Origin: Chromera velia
Taxonomy: Eukaryota
Assembly (NCBI GenBank): GCA_018398765.1
Contig: JAHBMJ010000068.1
Span: forward strand, 62,001 to 126,000
Direction: 5' to 3'
Length of the DNA: 64,000 nt
Positions 26,224 through 38,764 of this stretch are shown in pieces. Under the pieces are notes generated by a model, which was not told where the DNA came from, did no database searches, and saw only the letters and a program-made list of their open reading frames with translations. Within the stretch, counting starts at the first letter, position 1, and every line of letters starts with the position of its first letter. The translations under genes were made by a program, and so were the position numbers.

Positions 26224-29200
26224 ATGACAGACCGTCGGTCTTCTGACCTGCGCGTGGCTCGTCTGGGCGCCGGTCGCATGAGTGTGATGGCTTTCCACAA
26301 GCCTGTGGCCTCCGGCGCAGGGACAGCGCAGAGAGATGGGGGGCTTCCACGGCGCATTGAGGCAAGGCAAGAGCCCCGCGTGCCTCCTCCAGCTGCGTCC
26401 GTCAGTGAGTGGCGGGATTTCATCGACAAGGTCCACGGAGGACCGGGGAGGGGGCTGCAGGGGGGAAGGAGGGGCTTCGAGAGTAAAGAAACTGCTGGCA
26501 AACGACGGCAAGTTCCGGTCAGTACTCAAGTACATGCAGGCAGCGAGTCGAAGGAGGTGATTCGCCGAGCCAAAAAAAAAATCAATCAAGTTAGGTAGAG
26601 ATTGACGGGAGCCGAATAAAGAAAAAGACAGCAAGAATGAGTGAGTGGAACCGCAAAGAGCTTCAGCTCCACGTGCAGGAATATGCACACATGAGAAGAA
26701 GTGTATATAGAGGAACAGACTCATACATGTAGGAAGCGTCAAGAAACAGAAAGCGGGTCTTGGAGGGTTGAAGAACGACAGCAACTGCAAAGAGGACCCC
26801 TCTTTGGTTGCTTTTTGTTTTCTTTATACGACCTTTTCTTCGTGTCCTGTTGGTTGTTTCCGTCTCGGATCCCCCATCTTTTCTCATCTTGTGCTCCTCA
26901 CAATTTGAAGTGCTCTCTTCCATTGCACCACCCAGCTTTCACCAGCGCCTTTCTCGTCTCGTCTTTTTTGCTGTGCCCGTATGCAGGAGGCGCGAGAAGG
27001 CCGGGAGACCACGCCACCGCATTTGCAATCCCTCCAGCAAGGCAAGGTCCCTCCTTTGGAGGCGATCAAGGAGACGCCATACGAAGAAGGAAAGGCCGAA
27101 TTAGATCGGAAGGGTCAGAAGAAAAGAGTTGAAGAACCGGATCCTGTGGAAGCCTTTCATGATTGTCTGCCTGTGGAGGAAACCGACAACGAAAAAAAAA
27201 ACCCTCCGCAGATTCCGCTGAATTCACAGGCTGTACCTGCTTCTGCTTCTGCCTCCGTATCTGCATCTCCGTCTCTCACGGTGGCTCCAGCGCCGACACA
27301 ACCGATTACTTCGATGGAGGAGACGGGGAACGGAATGTTGGTTAAAGAGACGTTGAGTCAAGAGGAGGACCAGCCTGTTGTTACGGGGAGGGAGGAGAAG
27401 AGAAAGACTTCGATCACGCCAGAGGAGGGTTTGGAACAGAACATGCTACCCATGTCAGAGAGCAGTTTGGATGATAGTCGTCAACCTGTCAGTGAAAAGG
27501 AAAAGCCTCTAGCTGCAGAAGTCCCTTCCGTGGCTGTCTCCTCCGTTTCTCCTTCTTTCCTCCCTTCTGCAGAAGACCAAGAACAGAGTCCGCTAGACCG
27601 CCAGTACCAGCAGCAACAGGAGGATCAGCAAAAAGAGAGAACTCTCCCGACTCGGACGGAGCAGAAAAAGCAATCACAGACGCCCGCTGAAATTCCCTCC
27701 GGACCCCACAAAGCGGGTCAGACGGAGTTTGGAGAGAAGGAGGAGGACGGTCACGTGGGATCAAATCTGGCTGAGAGTGCAGAGAAACAGCCCGAGGGGC
27801 AGATACAAGAGGGCGAGAATGATCAGAAAGGAGAACTTGATGTGAATGATCGTGCCATGATTCCGCAGTCGACCTTTCTTGGAGAGACAGCTGAGGAAGG
27901 GGTTTTGCGTGAGATTCTCAAAGAAAACGACAAAGAAGAGCAAGGGGAAGAGCCTAACCAAGTAACTAATCCCCTAGATGTGCCCCGACCTCTTCTGAAA
28001 GGGGAGGAGAGTCAAGAAGCAAACCATCAACAGGTACACCCTCTTCAACTTCCGGATGCAAAACTTGAAAGATCAGGAAAACAAACCGGGTTTCTTTCGA
28101 TAAAAACTCCAGGTGCGATGACCCCCGATACCTCTCCTATGATCACCCCGGATGTATACTCCTCCGGGGCCCCCTTTCGAGTTCCCACACCCATCGACGC
28201 TTTTCTTGCCCAAACTCTAGCCCCCCCCTCCCATGGGCCCTTCGGCACTCTCAGTGCTGTATCAACATCAAAAGGGATCACCCCTGATATCCCAACATCA
28301 AACGATGTTACTCCAGGTGTGGAGACTTCAAAGCCAGTTCAGGTCGGGAGGGAGGATGGGACACCCGACCCCATTGAAACCACAAGACAGAGGGAGCAGC
28401 AAGAAGTTGAAGGGAAGCAAGGAAGTCAAAGTCAAATCCCAGAGCAAGACAGCACAGTAGAGAATCTGCGACCTCCACGCGAAGGGACACAGATTCATGA
28501 GCCTGGTGTTGCCATGCCGTCGTCCTCCTCTTCCTCTTCCTCTTCATCGTCCTCTTCGTCTGCCGTTGCTGCCGTGGAACCTCAGGTGCCTTCCGGTCGT
28601 TTGCCTCTGCGTGCCCCCCCCCTACCATCTGAGATGATGATCATCCAAGACCACCCCCCCATATCGCCGGAAGCATATAGTTCCGGTGGCCCATTTCGTG
28701 TACCCGGGCCGCTGGGAAGTTTTTTGGCTTCGATTCTCGCTCCTTCGTCTTCCGGTTGTTTTGGGAACCTGCCCCCAACCCCTGCAGTCCAAGCACATGA
28801 ACAGAAAGGGGCAGAGAAAAAGGTCACACAGAGTATGACGCAAAAAGAAGAGACCGACCGAATAGCACTCGAAAACAGCACCAGACTGACTTCCCCATTC
28901 CACCCGCGTGCGCCTGAAGACATCACCCCTGTTGACAAAATTCCATGGCCTCGCACCCCTGCCGTCCTCCCTCCCTCGAGGCCTTTGGAGCCCGTCCCAG
29001 AAAAGAAGCCGGAACGATCTCAACCGGTGGACGCACACAGAGACAGACACACAGAGAGCAGAAAGCAGCCTCCGACGCTCCCCGAAGACCCCCCAGCCGA
29101 GTGCTTCACGACGGCACTTCAGACATTAGGAGGACAGCAGCCGATGGTGCAGGAGGCCAAGAGGGAATCGGCAACGCCCTGCAGGGACGAACCGGAAGGC

Positions 29201-30697
29201 CAACTTCCAACTCGCAGTGTGAGGGAAGCGGGGGATGAGCATGTCACTGACGTAGTGAGGTTGGGGCAGCGGCAGATGTCTGTAGAATCCTTCCATTCCT
29301 GTGTTGGCGAGGACTCTAATGTTCCTGTCAGTACCTCCATGACTCCACAGCCACTCACCGTCAATCCCCCACGATCTCCCCTTATGAACGCTCCTCCTCC
29401 TGGCCCCAGCCAGAGCCCATTGACTCATCCTCTCCACACACACCCTCTCTCGAACATTCAGACGACAGAAATGCAGCCTGACGGAAGTGGTCAAATCGAA
29501 GTCAACGTTACCGTTTCTCTTCCGGAGGAGGAAGAACCCCCAGCGTCTTCCCTCATGGCTCTGACATCCCTTCATGCACCGGGATTGGCCTCTCGCACAG
29601 ACGGTCTCCCGGCAGCAGGGGTCGGCGCTCCCGTTCTCTCCGGCACTTCCTCTCAAATATGTCAGCTCAGTGCACCCCCTCATACCGGTCCACACTTTTC
29701 CAGACCAATCCAGGGAAAGGACGGCCAGTCTCCCGACCACACTCAATCGACCTTACGGAAAAGTCCTTTCGGCCTTGAGAAGATCCAACCGCAAGCGCCC
29801 CTCAGCACACCGACAGCGCGGGTACAGTCACTCACAACAGCATCTGGAGGGTTATCTCCGAGTCACACCCAAGCCGCCTACCCACTGCCCCCCCTTTCTG
29901 CAACACCAATTCCCCTCACATGCGTTCCCGTGTTGGCCCTCCACCCTACTCCGGCTGCTGCTCACTGCTCTCTCACGACCTCCGTCCCGCCACTCAATGC
30001 TGCAAAAGGGCTGAGGATGCATGAACGTCCGACTGCACCTCCAACCTTCAGACCAGCCATGGAAACGCAAATGCCCGCCACTGTACCTCCCAGCCATCAG
30101 AGAGAACAGCCGAGCCAGTCCCATCTCATCTACTGCCCTGCTATTCCGGTCATCATACCTAGGCATCCCCGCAGCCCTAGACCGCACTCGTTTGTGGACG
30201 CTTCTCTTTCGCAAGTCACCTCTCGCCCGATCCCCCTTCCCCACCCCCAGCCCGTCACCTCTTCTCTTCCCCCTGCACGCCCTGCTCTGATTACAGACTC
30301 ATGGAGATGGGGCTCGATCAACGATCGTCTGCCTGATTCGACCCCAGTCTTTGCCAGTAACCAGCTTCCCCACGCACATCCTGCGATGTGCCCACTCATT
30401 GGACCACATCCACAGTGTCATCAGGGGGCCATGCGGTCCTGTCAGCAGTCTCTTTCTCCATCCCGTCCAAACACGAGGCTGTCTTCGGGTTTTCCGTGTC
30501 AACAGTCCATCCAACAAGTGGCTCAGAGCAACTCAAACGGTCTGACAAGCATTTTGGACTTCATATCGGAACCTCCACCAACTGAACCACGCGCCCGTGA
30601 GCTGCTTTTTGAAGCAGTCAAGAGGGTACAGGGGGGTGGAACTCTTCCCAATGACGTCCGATTTCTTGTTGAGATGCGAGCACGCCTGAATCGCTAG
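26224..30697 (+). CDS. Large low-complexity (P/S/E/Q-rich) hypothetical protein, probably 2 exons, ~1347 aa
   Basis: There is a 3.7-kb stop-free ORF at 26981-30697. A TGCAG acceptor lies just before 26987. A phase-0 donor (GAG|GTGATT) at 26556 joins it to the upstream ORF starting at ATG 26224. No recognisable folded domain. The first exon and start codon are less certain. Confidence 0.75.
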
Positions 30698-31239
30698 ACA
30701 GCATGCATCCACTTGGGGACCCTAGTGGGGATCACTATTGGAACAGAGGCACTTAACAGCGCATCTAATCGCATGTGCATCTCATGATATTTGGCCCACT
30801 ATCGTGCACTGACTTGTGGATTCTAGATAGAATAATTAATAAAACTGACAGATGTTACAATGTAAGCACTGTTCTAGGCATTGTTCTGACCTATTACTAT
30901 TCAATGACAAGTCTAATGTGACCCACTCTCTATTACCACCCTATGCGCTTTAATAGTAGTTTTAGTTTTTCTACCCTTGCTTTTAAAATAAAGACACTTC
31001 TGGAAATGACTTTTCATGTTTTTCCTGCTATCTACTCTCCCCTACTTTTTATTTGGTTCTACTTGGTTCTTCTGTTCAATTTCCTTTTCTTTGTCAGTAC
31101 TAAACGACGACGTTCAACTTCACTGAAGGTACAGCACCTATGCAATGCTTTGGTTAATCTCGGTAGCCAGTGCTAGCTCCTAGGCAAGCTCACTAAAATT
31201 TGTTGGATTTAATTATGTTGTTTTCTTTAATTCTTAAAC

Positions 31240-31481
31240 TAGGCGTATCACAGCAAAAAAAAAAAAATAAAAGCCAATTCTCGCTTATTTTTTTTTTCTT
31301 TTCGGCGATGTTCGGTGACAAACAACTGTTGTTCAAGTGTTGCATATAACTGTTATTTGGGTGTTGCATAACTGTTGCTTAGGTGTTACACAAAAAAAAA
31401 GAAAAAAAAAAAATTAAAGCTAATTCTGGTTTACTTCTAGGTTTACTTTTTTTTTCTTTTTTTTTTGCTGTGATACGCCTA
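31240..31481. mobile_element. TA-flanked MITE (~240 bp)
   Basis: Terminal inverted repeats GGCGTATCACAGCAAAAAAAA ... TTTTTTTTGCTGTGATACGCC, with TA on both sides (31240-41, 31480-81). No ORF. Confidence 0.8.
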
Positions 31482-32032
31482 GTGTGGTGTCCTAACTCCC
31501 GGCGTTCCACCGCCGCCGTTCAGTCCGTCTTGCATATGTGCCATCTTTGCTTCGATCGCCCGCCGCCGGGTTCTGTGTGTCTGGCCCCGGAAAGCTTGTC
31601 TTTGCATTTGCGTGGGGACCAGTCAGATTTAATTCACCCCCAGCCGTCTTGCTGAAATCGTTTATTCCGTTTGTCCGGTCATGAGTCTGTCTAGCAGTCT
31701 GTCCTCTGATCCGACTCCTCTCTTGAATGAATGCATCGCTAGCTCGCAGAACTTAAGTCAAACCTCTCGACTCTAAAAAAAAAAAAAACTTTTTTTCTTT
31801 TTTTATGTGTGGTGTCCTACCTCCCGGCGGCGGACGCCGTTCGGTCCGTCTTGCATGCATGCACACCGCCTTTGCTTCGATCGCCCACCGTCGGGTTCTG
31901 TCTCTCTGGCCCTGGAAAGCTCTGTCTGTCTGTTTGTCTGTCTGGAGAGGCGATCGAAGCAAAAGCGGCGCGCATGCGAGACAGACCGAACGGCGGTGAC
32001 GGAACGGCGCCGGGAGGTAGAACACCACACTA
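31480..32032. mobile_element. Second MITE family with ~80-bp imperfect TIRs and an extra internal left-arm copy
   Basis: The left arm GTGTGGTGTCCTAACTCCCGGCG..TTTGCTTCGATCGCC (31482) is inverted at the right end (GGCGATCGAAGCAAA..CGCCGGGAGGTAGAACACCACAC, ending 32030). It is also repeated directly at 31807. TA flanks both ends. Confidence 0.75.
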
Positions 32033-34065
32033 GTTCTTAAAAAATGACTGCGGAGGGTCAGCTTTAGGTTCAGCTGTCTTACAATTTCATACAAACACAG
32101 GAACTTACATTTAGAGGTCAGTTTTGACACATGTACGGTCTCAACTTATTCATCATTTTTTATTTAAATTGAAGAACAATAAAAAGTACACTATATATGG
32201 CAGGGCTTGAATTAGAGCTTGAAAAAAAAAGAAACAGTTAAATAAACTAATAAAAAAACTTTTAAAAAGCTAGAAAATAAGATAAATGATATCTCTAGTG
32301 GACACGGGGATTACACGGGATCAAAGTTTGGTTTATGCAATTCAAGAAGTCAAACACCTCAATGAGTATAATGCAAAAATCAATATAGACACTGCCACTA
32401 CCGGCAGGCAGTAGGCAAAATTTATGGTGAAATCCTCACTTGTCTACATTTTTTGAATTCAGCTAAATCCGGCCACCTTCTCAGACTAAACACATTCTCT
32501 TTTTATAGTTTAGTCTAATAGTTAATGATGAAAACTAACTATTGATCTAGTTATATTGCATGATCACATACAAGTGTTATAGTGTATGTATGTCTAGATG
32601 TATGTGTCATCTAGTGTGTAACATATATAAAACTCAAGTAACATTAGAAAACATTAATCTAGACATATATTTAAACCTTAATTAGTACATGAATCGTAAC
32701 AATTTTTTTTTTGTATTCATACGTGCATGCACTAGTGCATGCACATGTATAACGAATTCGAACGGAGCCGGCTGGGAACGCCTTCATGCAAGCCTACTAG
32801 TGTGTCTAGATATATGTGCAGATCAAAAGCAAGACAAACAGTTCATGAAGCTGAATTTCTTTCTGTTATTTGATCCTAACGGCAGCACAATGTCACAGTG
32901 TCAGAACTCACATGACCGTTTGAACAGCGACCTTCAAGTTTTAAGATTGGGGGGCGCAGAATGTACTTTGATGAGACCCGACTTGTTCCTGCTTAAGCAT
33001 ACGTACGCACCACACCGAGCTAGAACAAACCAGAAACCGTTGCACAAACAAAGCTAGCCCTCGAGCCACTCACTGCCAAAGAATGAGGTGAAAACCGGCA
33101 GAGTTTGCAGAATGAGAGCAGAGAGTAACTCCGCGACTGAGATACACTCAATCGTCCCCCCAACATTCAACGTGTCTCTTCCTTCACACGCACCCCCCCT
33201 CTTTTCCATTTCGTGAATGTCTCCATGCATGCAAAGATCTCCAGGCTGACAGTAGCCTCGCGTGTTTCTCAAATCGAAAAGAAGACCTCTAGATCTCTCT
33301 CTTGCATGCAAGATGCCCAGAAGGCTTAGTAGACCCGTATAGAAGCGGCAACTGACAAGAAGAGAAGACTGGTTGAACAAGACCATGCAATTTTCCTTTC
33401 CGAACAACCCCCATCATCTTCATCGTCACCACGCACCCCGCTTCGCTCGAGTGGGGCCGCTTTTCCCTTTTTTCTTCAGTGCCTTGGTCCCTTTAAACAC
33501 CTCTCCCATGAAACAGTTCATTTCCTTTCCTTTCCCGGCCGTTGCTGTCCCCCCGAAGCAGCCTTTCCTTTCGCTTCGCAGAAAGATGACCTCAAAAAGG
33601 CAAAACTCAGGTGATCGATCGATTGAGAAAGAGGGTGGGTGTCCCATTAGCGCCGACATATCCACACCCGATTTCAAGACCAGTGCCTCCCACATGCAGA
33701 GGCCGGTTTTGATTGATAAATAAGAAAAATTGGAACTGATGAAAGGAGAGTTCAGGTCGGGAAACACGAAAGAAGGAGAGAGCTGACGTGCAACACGACA
33801 CACGAAAGAAGTAAGGAGTGAATGAAGGAATAAGGGGAAGGAAGGAAGGGAGGGAGGGAGAGATACTGAGTGTGGAAGAGAGGATGATAAAAAATCGCAG
33901 AGGCATCCACCCTCAAACCAGCCCGACTTCAAGATCTTCTCACGATACTTCGATCAGCATCAGCCAAGTGGCACCTTGAAGAAGTGGCATTTTGAGGCAT
34001 TTCCGTCAGGTGGACAAGGAAGGAAGGAAGGAAGGAAGGAAAGAAGGGGGGCGTGCTTGGGTGGC

Positions 34066-37021
34066 CTAGAAGAAGTACCCGCTGACTGTGTTGTCGAGAG
34101 CGCTTGCTGTGAAAGCTCTCGACACACTCCTGTTCAGGCTTCCCGCCTCCCGTTCTGAAATCGGGACGTATTTCTTCTCTGCAGGCCCTGTGTAGACCTG
34201 CAAGCAAGCAGGCAGGCAGGCAGACAGGCAGGCAGGCAGGCAGGCAGGCACGTGAATTAGAACAAGAGAATGCGTGCGGCTAGTTGATTGCCTGGTCGAT
34301 TTCATGTTATCTCTGCCCCGAGAGCGCTCCGGTGCATTCAATTGGAAAGCGAAGAAGGCAAAAATGAAGGAAAGGTCAAGGCATACTGACTTTTCGATCG
34401 GGTAACAAAGAATAAGTGGTGACAGAGCAGGCAAAGAGGGGAAGGGGGAGAAGAGAAGTTTAGCGAGCCGACAACAGCGTTTTGTTCTCCCGCTTTTCGT
34501 TCGTTCGCCTCGGAGACCTTGACTCTTTTCTCGCTATATCCTTTAGGAAAACAAGATATGTTCTGTCAGGCAATTTCACTCTTCCTTCCTCCCCCGAAGA
34601 CTCCTGCCCCTCTGCTTCTTCCTTCCCTCATTGGTCTGAAACCTTTCAGTCAGGCTGGCTTGCTGGCTCTGCACCGAATCTTTGTCAGGGACTGACTGAC
34701 TGACCTGTCTCGGTCTGGCGATTTTCCTCTCGGCCGTTTTGTCCTCTATCGACTCCCTCCACTGGGTAATCCACCCCACACATCTTCCGAGAGCAAAAAT
34801 GACAGTGAACATAGAGGTGGGTATGCGCATGGCAGTCAGGGCAATTCCGGAGTAGAAATCCACGTTGGGAAACAAACGCCGCGAGACGAAGTAATCATCC
34901 GCCATGGCCTGCTTCTCCAACTCTGCATTGAAGAATATCAATATAATTAATGCGTCGTGCGTTCAATCTGTGTCAATCCACATCGACGGATTCTGTTTGC
35001 ACGTAGTTCGTGCGACTTAGAAGGAAGACCAAGTGGCCCCCTGCAGGTCCCACAAAGCCTTTCAGTCCATCTCTTCTGTTAACAGGCAGAAAGGTACACT
35101 GACCAACAGACTGACATCGGGATTATTGGCCAACCGACAGTCCAATTTGCCATGCCAAACAAGGATGCCAAACACTCTTTCTTTCGTCCGTGTGTCTTTG
35201 TTTCCACGTCACACTGAGTCAGCTGGGAAAGGAAGAAAAAACCCCCCATGGACCTCCATGGAGTGCACTCAGGAGACCCCCAACTCCTTCCTGACCCTGT
35301 CCCCGTGGGAATTGGAAGCATGCCGGAAGCAAATTCATTCATTGATTCATTCATTCATTCACTTGTACACCCTTTCATGTCGACTCTGGGCCTTTCTGTC
35401 TGTCTGTCTGTCTCTCTCTCTCACACGCGCGCGCGCGCAGAGAGAAAGAAAGAGAAGCACAACGTAATGTGTGCGTGAATGTGTTTGGCACGCATGAATG
35501 AATGATTTATATTAAATTTCCTGTTTGATGACCAGAGAGAATGAATGCCCCAGGGCCACAGGACCCACGCACCTGTTGCCAAATGCAGAAGCCGAACGAT
35601 CTCGTCTGCCTCCTTCCTGTCCGCCTCCTTGACAGACTTTGTCGCCGCCCTCCTCGTCTCGTCGATACATGCGTCCACCAGCTTTCTCATCTCCTTCGCC
35701 CTCGGGTCGTAGTTCTTGTACACTCTGTGGCCGAATCCCATCAGTCGAAACGGGTCAGACTTGTCCTTCGCTCTCGCGAGGAATTTGGGAATATTCTCCT
35801 CTGTGCCGATTTGACGCAACATCGCAATCACAGCCTCATTCGCCCCTCCATGGGCAGGACCCCACAGGGAAGCGATTCCGGCGGCGATGCACGCCATCGG
35901 GTTGGCATCCGAGGACCCTGCTACTCGCACCGTACTCGTGGATGCGTTCTGTTCGTGGTCTGCGTGCAGAATCAAGAGCGTGTCCATAGTCTTGATAAAT
36001 GCCTCCGGGATCTCAAAGTCCTCCATCGGCGTGCTGTACAGCATGTGGAGGAAGTTCGCAGTGAAACCGAGGGAGGCCTTCGGATAAACGAAGGGCTGGC
36101 CTTTCGAGTGTTTGTAGGACATTGCGGCGATAGTCGGAAGTTTGGCAACTACCCTGATTGCTGCTGTGGCGTGATCTGATTCCGACTGTTGGGTGGGAGG
36201 GGCACTCTGGTTGTGGTAGAACGCGGAGAGGGCTCCCACGACTCCCACCATGACAGCCATTGGGTGGGCATTGTCGGGAAATCCAAGGACGAAGGACCGA
36301 AGTCTCTCGTGCACCAGCATCTTGTGCACCACCTCTCTTTCAAAACTCGTGTACTCAGTCTCAGTGGGCAGCTCACCGTTCAGAAGGAGGTACACAACTT
36401 CGAGGTAAGTACCGTGCTTCGCAAGGTCCTCTATGCGGTACCCTCTGTGCATCAAGATGCCTGCAGGAATGTGTGAAAACACCTTTTGTTCTCCATACAG
36501 TGCCTTGTGTACTGTTGTGCTGCATTTGCAGGCATTGCATGGAGCTGGTGGATAGAAGAAAGGAAGACTGTGCGACTTCCCTCTAACACCCCTATATCGA
36601 CCTGCTCCACCCCACTATTTTTTGGCAGTGTGCCTGCTTGTATCTCGTTGGCGAAAGAGGCTAGGAGAGAAACGCTCGAAGAAAAGGAGGGGGTAGAGAA
36701 GGAGACGGGAAAGAAAATCACATGAGCGTCCCGTCTCCAGCGAAGAAAGTCCGAAGTTGTACATACACATGCACTAGCCATGCAGCTAAAAATACCTGCA
36801 GGTCCATCAATGAAGGTGATGTCTGAGGAGCAGCTGCTGGTGGAAGTGAAGCCAGGGTCGTGGGTGAACATCCCGGTCTGGGTGTACAGAGACTTGATGT
36901 CGATGGCCGGAGGCCCGCACGTAGGGTAGAGGACAGGAAGGTCGATCTCGACCGTCTTCCCATCCTTGCCTGTGGCACTGATCTTGACAGTCTCCGGACA
37001 GAGGTCAGCGAGTTTGGTCAT
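34066..37021 (-). CDS. gltA: Citrate synthase, bacterial type II (GltA-like), 4 exons, ~487 aa
   Basis: Exons: 37021-36796, 36460-35573, 34922-34705, 34197-34066 (1464 nt, phase-consistent). Motifs: [82 protein letters not shown]. The catalytic His, His and Asp are all present. Confidence 0.96.
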
Positions 37022-37288
37022 TTTCTGTCGAACGTGCTGGGGTAAAGAAGAAACGTAGAAGGAGACGGCTACGTGAAGACTATAACTTCCCTCGGTTTTG
37101 CTTCCGAGATCAAAGCACTCAGGTTCCAAAAGGTCCTCTGCAATTTGGGCCACAAACTCGAATTCTCAAAGTCAGCTGTCGTCATTGGTTCCTCCCCAAC
37201 GGAGAATTCGAGGGCACGCAAGAATTCGATCAACAGTACGACGCACGCTTCTGATATCTTCCACGTGCATGCATGCGTCATCGGAAGG

Positions 37289-38245
37289 ATCTGACGCAAG
37301 CAAGCTTGCGAACGGCCCCGGAAAGCAAGAAAAATGAGAACTTCACGATTGACGCACGCCGGCCAGCCGATCGGGCAGTCGCGCCGACCCCCCCCCCCCN
37401 NNNNNNNNNNNNNNNNNNNNNNNNNNNNNNNNNNNNNNNNNNNNNNNNNNNNNNNNNNNNNNCCCCCCCCGCGGGAAAAGCCGCAAAACCCCCCCTCCCC
37501 CAGGAAAAAAGCCCAGGGATGCAGCCTGTCGCTTTCCGGGGCCACTGACGCACGCATGCATGACGATGCGGGTTCATGCACGCTTTTCTGGACCATTTGG
37601 GGCGGGATCTTACCAAGGCCTTTTTTTGGCAAAAATCGGGTAATCAGGTCTGAAGTCCACCTGACGTACGCACATTTGGCGTACATTCAGCCTTTCGGGG
37701 CTGGGTTTTTACCGAAAAACAGCGTGCGTACATGCACGTAGGCTGGGGTATTTCTGTTTTCTAAGTACCCTCCGCTTCGCTTTCCGGGGCCATCTGACGT
37801 AAGCAAGCTTGCGAACAACCCCGGAAAGCAAGAAAAATGAGAATTGAACGATTGACGCACGCCGGCCAGCCGACCGGGCGGTCGCGCCGATCCCCCCCCC
37901 CCCCNNNNNNNNNNNNNNNNNNNNNNNNNNNNNNNNNNNNNNNNNNNNNNNNNNNNNNNNNNCCCCCCCCCCCCGCGGGAAAAGCTGCGGAACCCCCCTT
38001 TCCCCGGGAAAAAAGCCCGGGGGTATGCTCTGACACACGCATGCATGACGCAAATTCAGCCTTTCCGCAGTCGCTTTCCGGGGTCACCCATCTGATGCAC
38101 GCATGCATGGCGACGGGTTCATATTTTTTTGGACCATCTGAGCGGGATCTTTCCGGGGCCTTTTTTTGGTGAAAGACATTACATGCATAGGCTGGGGTAT
38201 TTTTGTTTTGTAAGTGCCCCCCGCTTCGTTTTCCGGGGCCATCTC
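37289..38245. repeat. Diverged tandem duplication of a ~500-bp GC-rich unit, each copy containing a poly-C tract with an assembly gap
   Basis: ATCTGACG(C/T)AAGCAAGCTTGCGAAC..CCCGGAAAGCAAGAAAAATGAGAA recurs at ~37289 and ~37792. N-runs at 37400-37462 and 37905-37962 lie inside C-homopolymers at the same position of each unit. Confidence 0.85.
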
Positions 38246-38764
38246 CAAAATTGCTAAAACACAAAGTTTGTGTCGCCTCGGGGGTAGCTCAGCTCTGCTG
38301 AGATCAGCCGAGAGGCCCTGAGATCGCACGCACTTGCATAATGCATTTCTTTCATTTTTTGGGGGGGGGGTTTGGTGTCTGTCTGTTTGTCTATCACGGT
38401 ATTGCCCTGATTCCAAAATATCCCCCTCAAGCAACTCGCACAGAGCCGTAATCATATTTAAACTCAATCCGCGCTCGTACTTCATGATGTATGCCCCTCA
38501 AATGACTCGCAGGGAGTTGCATGTATTATATCCACACGTATGTGGTCCCGAAAAGCACATTTTATGCGCGTTGCCGTGGCCCCCGCCAGCCACTTGCCCA
38601 TGCAGGCAAGTCATGCCCAAGCCCCTGATGGTTTGCAACAATCAAATTATGGCCGACCCCCTAAATGGCCCCCCGAGGCACTCACCTAACTAGTTAGGTG
38701 TATTTCATACACCTCTATACTCCGTTCATCCGTTTATAGTTTATAGTTTGGTCGGGGTACATGT

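Noticed and set aside
15820..37021. Bacterial contamination or a recent HGT island (sensor gene plus gltA)
   Set aside because: Both genes carry multiple spliceosomal introns with host-type microsatellites, resemble different bacterial groups and are separated by a host-like gene.
37022..37153. N-terminal extension of citrate synthase in the ORF track (possible targeting peptide)
   Set aside because: It begins at a non-ATG codon, is acidic and has no PTS2 or presequence features. ATG 37021 matches the bacterial N-terminus.
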